Assembly (NCBI GenBank): GCA_048884785.1
Contig: JBHLQM010000060.1
Coordinates: 2,062 to 22,766 of the forward strand
Length of the DNA stretch: 20,705 nt
Source: Candidatus Thorarchaeota archaeon
GTDB taxonomy: Archaea > Asgardarchaeota > Thorarchaeia > Thorarchaeales > Thorarchaeaceae
Direction of reading: 5' to 3'
In this document: positions 16,244-20,705 of the stretch, one piece after another
Layout: every line of letters starts with the position of its first letter
How positions within the stretch are numbered: position 1 is the stretch's first letter
Program-made: the position numbers and the translations under genes
The notes under the pieces: generated by a model
The model's database searches: none
What the model was told of the DNA's origin: nothing
What the model saw: the letters and a program-made list of their open reading frames with translations, nothing else

Positions 16244-17104
16244 ATGGGCGCCTTTTACCCAATTTCACCACTTGTAGCTATAACAAACACCAGCTACTCT
16301 GCTCAAGCTGGAGTTATGGACGAGATGTGGGCCTGCCGAGTGGTTAGAGGAAAGAAGATAATCGTAGAGAAGACTATCTCAGAGCTGGATTTGGAGAGTT
16401 ATGTGGGCGTAATCTATGGCCACATTCGAGTTGAGGGTCTGAGTCGCCATGCCGTTGCGCAATGCGCAGGACGTCTCATGCAATTCTCACGAAAATATCA
16501 GCAAGCAGGAGTTGCTCCTAATTATGAAATTCCGGACTTGTTTTATGATGAAGCAGGTGAAGAAGTAACAGTCGAAAGCCTATCTTCAAGCTCAGACATA
16601 GTGATGGAAGAGTCAGCAGAAGTATTTTCGCACGCTCCAGTTGGACAATTGCCAACTATAACACCTCAAGTAGGAAAAAATGCATGGAGCTACGTTGCAG
16701 AGTCTCACGGAATTATGATATGCGAGATGGCAGCGTATGCGGCATCTTTACCTGAAGGGCATCTAACTCTAATGTTTGAAGGAGTTGCTGATGATCTGAT
16801 ACGTAAATGGATCCATCCTGAGGATCCAATGGTTCTCCCAATCAGGTTTGGGGAGATGATATTTAGTTGTTCAAGTGATAGTCAGCTACCCAAAACAGGG
16901 ACGTTAAATGTTTCAATAGAAACTCAGGGATGCGAATTTCTCAAGGCCGCCAGAGAAATTGATCCAGATGGAACAAAGCTACCTCGAGGATATCCTTGTG
17001 CATTTCATGAAATACTTGCAAGGAAAGTTTCAGAGGTCACAGACTTGAAAATAGGTGTAAATACATCTTCAACTGGATGTATTGTAACTATGTCCTTTGA
17101 ATAG
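16244..17104 (+). CDS. Hypothetical protein with C-terminal V4R/MetOD1-like Cys-containing domain
   Basis: GGAGGT RBS. The C-terminal pattern VSIETQGCEF...YPCAFHEIL...SSTGCIVTMSF resembles the V4R/HNOB-like fold. Confidence 0.5.
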   Translation: MGAFYPISPLVAITNTSYSAQAGVMDEMWACRVVRGKKIIVEKTISELDLESYVGVIYGHIRVEGLSRHAVAQCAGRLMQFSRKYQQAGVAPNYEIPDLFYDEAGEEVTVESLSSSSDIVMEESAEVFSHAPVGQLPTITPQVGKNAWSYVAESHGIMICEMAAYAASLPEGHLTLMFEGVADDLIRKWIHPEDPMVLPIRFGEMIFSCSSDSQLPKTGTLNVSIETQGCEFLKAAREIDPDGTKLPRGYPCAFHEILARKVSEVTDLKIGVNTSSTGCIVTMSFE

Positions 17105-17202
17105 ACAAACAACTGATATGCAATAATCTTAAAATGCCATGCGCATTCCATCTCCTGATGCAGAGACTTGAATAGAAGGGTCTCGGTCTGGGAGATTTTA
17201 AA

Positions 17203-17478
17203 ATGTCCTATCTCACTTGGCGTGAATATGTTCGCTCCGGACCAATATGTCTGGGCGTCCTACTGATTATTGCAGGTGCAATAATGGTACTATTACCCAC
17301 CATGGGAATTGTACTTGTGCCTGAATGGGACCAAATAATTGGAGCCATTCTTGCAGTCGTTGGTCTTGGATTTGTTGTGTGTGGATTCTTCTTTACAAAG
17401 AAGAAGCGGGATTCAGTTCTCAAACCGGTTAGCACGCGTCTTGACGACACTCCCCCGCCTCCTCCGCCGCCAGATTAA
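17203..17478 (+). CDS. Small two-TM membrane protein with C-terminal polyproline tail
   Basis: Two hydrophobic segments, a KKKR stop-transfer, and the ending DDTPPPPPPPD. GGGAG upstream. Confidence 0.75.
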   Translation: MSYLTWREYVRSGPICLGVLLIIAGAIMVLLPTMGIVLVPEWDQIIGAILAVVGLGFVVCGFFFTKKKRDSVLKPVSTRLDDTPPPPPPPD

Positions 17479-17497
17479 ATCCAAAGTATCAAGGTTC

Positions 17498-17560
17498 TTT
17501 GAGTGAGCCCCGTGGCCAGAGCGATGGTCCGGGACTCACAAACTTCTGTTTTTTTCGTTT
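17498..17560 (+). terminator. Long imperfect hairpin followed by T-tract
   Basis: GTGAG.CCCG.GGCCA / TGGTC.CGGG.CTCAC followed by TTCTGTTTTTTTCGTTT. Confidence 0.6.
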
Positions 17561-17647
17561 CCTTGCATCTCTATTTCATCGCGCAAATCCTAATATGTGG
17601 CCGAGTGTGTGATTCAGTAGAATTGGATTTGGGATGGGACAAATTCG

Positions 17648-17938
17648 ATGAAATTCCTAGAGTATCGCGATAGCCAATTTCATGAGTGCGCAGGTCAACC
17701 CGCCACTGAGATATCACTGAAGATTGATGACACTCAGAAGAAGCTCATTCTCACTGTTCCTGGAGGTGTTAGCATGATAAACAAGCGCTCTGCCGAAAGA
17801 GCGGCTCGAGGCATCTCCAAGACGGGATATAGTAGCAAGAGTGGAGCAACACTTGGTAGAGGGTATGAGCTTGTTATTGAGGGTCATGGTGGGGCTTTAC
17901 CTGATCGCCTCAAACACTCGCCACGTGAAGTCTACTAG
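17648..17938 (+). CDS. Small protein, possible divergent single gelsolin-like domain
   Basis: The pattern ISLKIDDTQKKLILTVPGGVSMINKRSAERAARGI...GYELVIEG...LP matches the gelsolin repeat layout (beta-hairpin, long helix, terminal strand). The CDS is solid; the fold call is tentative. Confidence 0.45.
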   Translation: MKFLEYRDSQFHECAGQPATEISLKIDDTQKKLILTVPGGVSMINKRSAERAARGISKTGYSSKSGATLGRGYELVIEGHGGALPDRLKHSPREVY

Positions 17939-18013
17939 TGCATGCATCAACGGTTTCACGAATGTGGGTGAGCCTGCTTGACAAATGAAGGATTCAGAGG
18001 AGAGATATGAGAT

Positions 18014-19789
18014 ATGTCTGAGGAGGACATTAGGAGAATCGTAGAAGAAGCAACTAAGGAAGCCATGAAACAGTCATATACTGAGGCAGGAGTGAAATTT
18101 CTCGAAGCTGCCAGAGCAAGCGAGCAGAAGGGCGACTTTGCAGGCTCTGAAAATCTTCAACGTCAGGCCGGTGAAAACTTTTGGAAGGCTGCAAATGAAT
18201 ACAGAGCATCAAAGAGCTTCAAAGCCGCGGCAATCAACATGTGCAAGGCTGGAGATGTATATAGCGAACTTGGTGATGCAGATAATGCAACTAGGGCTTA
18301 TGAACAGGGTGCGTATGATCTCTATGGAGCTTCAGCTGAACATCTGATGTGGGGAGAGGATGCGGAAACCAAGAAAGGGACCGCTCTCGCAGTTACCGGC
18401 AGCATGCTGTTACTCATGATTGGACGTGACTCAGATGCGTTTGCGAAATCTCGTAAGTTCGCAGCTGAGAATGCATCTCGCTTGAGATTCCCGGGTGTTG
18501 TTAGGCTTAGTCAAATCCCTCAGATGCTTGAGAGTGCAATAGGAGCACTTGATCTGACTGCTTTTGCAGATGCTGAAACTGCAGCAGTAACTGAATTGAA
18601 GGCCGCATTGGCTGGTGCAAACGCTCATGAATTCAATGGTTACGTGGACAAGGGCGTCGAGATGGTCCGGGAGATTCTCCGTGGGAAGCTCAAAGTCCCG
18701 AAAATATCTTCTCAGCTAGAGCTTCCGATTGATATGACGTTCAAAGAGGAATTTCCAATCCGTGCCATCATTGAGAACAAGGGTGAAGGATCTGCCAAGA
18801 ATGTGAAACTTGAGTGGCACATTGATGATGGATTGAAAGTACTGTCAGGCGATGCTAAGTCGTCATCATCACTTCTGAAGCCTGAAGAATCAATCTATCT
18901 TGAGTTGCAGGCAAAGGCAATTGCGGATATGGAGGGTTCTAGGGAATACAGTATTCTGGTAAGAGGCACCTATTCTGACGATTTGAACACTGAGTACACA
19001 CTTCAAGTTGGTCCGGGGACTTTCATTCTGAAGGATTTCAAAGAGACTGAGAAACTTATGCAGGATGTGGATGTTACTGAGGGACGGATCAGCCTTCTGT
19101 ACCCATCAATTGATTCATCATCCTTTGAGGCAGAACCTTTACTGAGAGTTGTTTCCGCACTGGAGTCCTATCTTGCTACTGCAAGAAGTGAAATCGACAA
19201 GAAAGAACTTGGACCAGCAAAGGCTCGCATCTCGGTGGTAAACTCTATCGTTGACAATGTTGATTCTCTCCTTGCAGATGAAACTCTCAAGAATCAAATT
19301 GAGAAAAGACGGGCGGCTGAGAAGCAAGAATACGCAAAAGAGCTATTAGCCTCAGCCAAAAAAGCGGCATCGCTTTCATTCGATGACGAAATCATGGAGC
19401 TAGATGCGGAGAGGGACACTCTTTTTGCCCACTGGGATGAGAAGGCTGAGAGCAGGAAAACAGTATGGCAGACCCTAAAGAATGCTGATGATAGAGTATC
19501 GGAATTGATTCGAAAGCTTCAGGCGATACAAAGCGAAATGCCATCGGCAGCAACGACTGATGACCCTACCCTGGCTGCAACTAGAACCAAGATTCGTACA
19601 TCTTTGGAAACCCTTGGGGAAATGGCATCTTCTCTGCGGCTAGAGATTGGAAAAGCTGTAAACGAACCTGCAATTGCTTCCAAGGACCGCCCAGATGAAC
19701 ATCCAAAGATAGCGAAGGCAAAGGAATCTCTTGAGTCTGCCAGAAGAGCAGTCAATCACTCAATTGACTCACTAATTGGAGAACCATGA
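18014..19789 (+). CDS. Alpha-SNAP/TPR-like helical repeats + CARDB/Ig-like domain + coiled-coil protein
   Basis: N-terminal repeats (FLEAA...FWKAANEYRASKSFKAAAINMCKAGDVYSELGDADNATRAYEQGA), central Ig-like IENKGEGSAKNVKL...GLKVLSG...GTYSD, and a helical C-terminus. No signal peptide. GAGGAG RBS. Confidence 0.65.
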   Translation: MSEEDIRRIVEEATKEAMKQSYTEAGVKFLEAARASEQKGDFAGSENLQRQAGENFWKAANEYRASKSFKAAAINMCKAGDVYSELGDADNATRAYEQGAYDLYGASAEHLMWGEDAETKKGTALAVTGSMLLLMIGRDSDAFAKSRKFAAENASRLRFPGVVRLSQIPQMLESAIGALDLTAFADAETAAVTELKAALAGANAHEFNGYVDKGVEMVREILRGKLKVPKISSQLELPIDMTFKEEFPIRAIIENKGEGSAKNVKLEWHIDDGLKVLSGDAKSSSSLLKPEESIYLELQAKAIADMEGSREYSILVRGTYSDDLNTEYTLQVGPGTFILKDFKETEKLMQDVDVTEGRISLLYPSIDSSSFEAEPLLRVVSALESYLATARSEIDKKELGPAKARISVVNSIVDNVDSLLADETLKNQIEKRRAAEKQEYAKELLASAKKAASLSFDDEIMELDAERDTLFAHWDEKAESRKTVWQTLKNADDRVSELIRKLQAIQSEMPSAATTDDPTLAATRTKIRTSLETLGEMASSLRLEIGKAVNEPAIASKDRPDEHPKIAKAKESLESARRAVNHSIDSLIGEP

Positions 19790-19790
19790 A

Positions 19791-20705
19791 TCACTTTGCA
19801 TGTTTGTTCATGAACCCCTCAAGCCTATTCATAGCTTCACTGATCATATCGGGAGGAGGCAGAAATACGCTTCTGAAATGTCCAGCTCCGTAGTTCGGAT
19901 CGAATCCCGACCCTGGAACAAATACGATCCCTGTTTCACTTAGCACATTCTTGACGAATTCAGTATCGTCTGGCCACCTTCCTTCAAGTTCAATTTTAGG
20001 CATGATGTAGAATGCTGCCTCAGGAAGTCGCGTTGATATGGAGTCAATTTCATTGAGCCTCTTGTGTATGAGGTCTCTTCTTATTCTGAGTCGGCTCATG
20101 GTTTCTGTAAGATGTCCTCCATCTCCTCTGAGAGCGGCTATTGATGCAATCTGTGCAGTTGCATTAAGGCAGATTCTCACCCTGGCTTGACGAATCATGG
20201 CATCATAAAGAGGATTTAGTTCGCCGTTTTGGTCGTGGAAATAGGCATATCCGACTCTCCATCCAGGGGCGAGATACACCTTACTTACGCCATTGAAGCC
20301 AATAACTGGAACATCTCCAGCAATTCGTGCCATTGGTGTCATAGCCTCATCATATGTGAGCTGGTCATAGATTTCATCAGAAATTAGAGGCAGTCCATAC
20401 TCTCCTGCAATTGAGACTATTTCTCTTAGCGTCTTTTCATTATACACTGAACCAGTTGGGTTGTTTGGATTGATAACTAGGATTCCTATCGTCTTATCAT
20501 TAATCTTACTGCGGAGGTCCTCTGTATCAGGATTCCAGTCTTCTTCTTCAATGGTTCTGTAGGTTGTGGGAATGCCTCCAAAGAATCGGACATAGCTGAT
20601 GTATGGGGGATAGGCTGGACCTGGAATTAGCAATTCGGATCCTGGATTGATTAGCGCTCCCGTAAGGAATTGAATGCCCTCCGAAACACCAGCAGTCACG
20701 ATAAT
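19791..20705 (-). CDS. PLP-dependent aminotransferase class I/II (AlaA/AspC-like), 5'-truncated
   Basis: P.YPPY, INPNNPTG, SDEIYD, NGVSKVY..PGWRVGY (PLP Lys), VPGSGF and HFR. The frame is open to the window end. Confidence 0.95.
   Translation of the reverse strand: MIVTAGVSEGIQFLTGALINPGSELLIPGPAYPPYISYVRFFGGIPTTYRTIEEEDWNPDTEDLRSKINDKTIGILVINPNNPTGSVYNEKTLREIVSIAGEYGLPLISDEIYDQLTYDEAMTPMARIAGDVPVIGFNGVSKVYLAPGWRVGYAYFHDQNGELNPLYDAMIRQARVRICLNATAQIASIAALRGDGGHLTETMSRLRIRRDLIHKRLNEIDSISTRLPEAAFYIMPKIELEGRWPDDTEFVKNVLSETGIVFVPGSGFDPNYGAGHFRSVFLPPPDMISEAMNRLEGFMNKHAK

Noticed and set aside
17452-17472. DNA microsatellite (CCN repeat)
   Set aside because: It is explained by the polyproline coding sequence with mixed codons.
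779-19755. Numerous short overlapping or antisense ORFs in the track (e.g. 4318-4851, 8038-8601, 15098-15550)
   Set aside because: They are shadows of well-supported genes, with no motifs, RBS or free space.
1-20705. CRISPR array, transposase/integrase, rRNA
   Set aside because: No regularly spaced repeats, recombinase motifs or long non-coding stretches were seen; the largest intergenic gap is about 220 nt.

Overview
Gene-dense archaeal chromosomal region with 21 supported CDSs, two truncated by the window edges. It is most likely from an Asgard archaeon, plausibly Thorarchaeia. This is inferred from topoisomerase VI, archaeal Cdc48/Hsp20, TATA-box promoters and several eukaryotic-signature-like genes: longin+wHTH paralogs, roadblock/LC7, gelsolin-like and alpha-SNAP-like. 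Order: coiled-coil/wHTH protein, hypothetical, AmmeMemoRadiSam radical SAM, DUF2797-like, and two tandem longin-wHTH (NPRL2/NPRL3-like) paralogs. Then comes a minus-strand block, in transcription order: AN1-Zn-finger/M50 protease, top6B, divergent top6A with DxD changed to DxS, coiled-coil/wHTH, PD-(D/E)xK nuclease-like, roadblock and NifB-like. A plus-strand block follows: FAD oxidoreductase, hsp20-cdc48 with a structured leader containing a tRNA-like mini-structure, V4R-like, polyproline membrane protein, gelsolin-like and SNAP-like/Ig/coiled-coil protein. The window ends in a class I/II aminotransferase. No rRNA, complete tRNA, CRISPR array or mobile element was seen. All family calls come from manual motif recognition; no searches were run.
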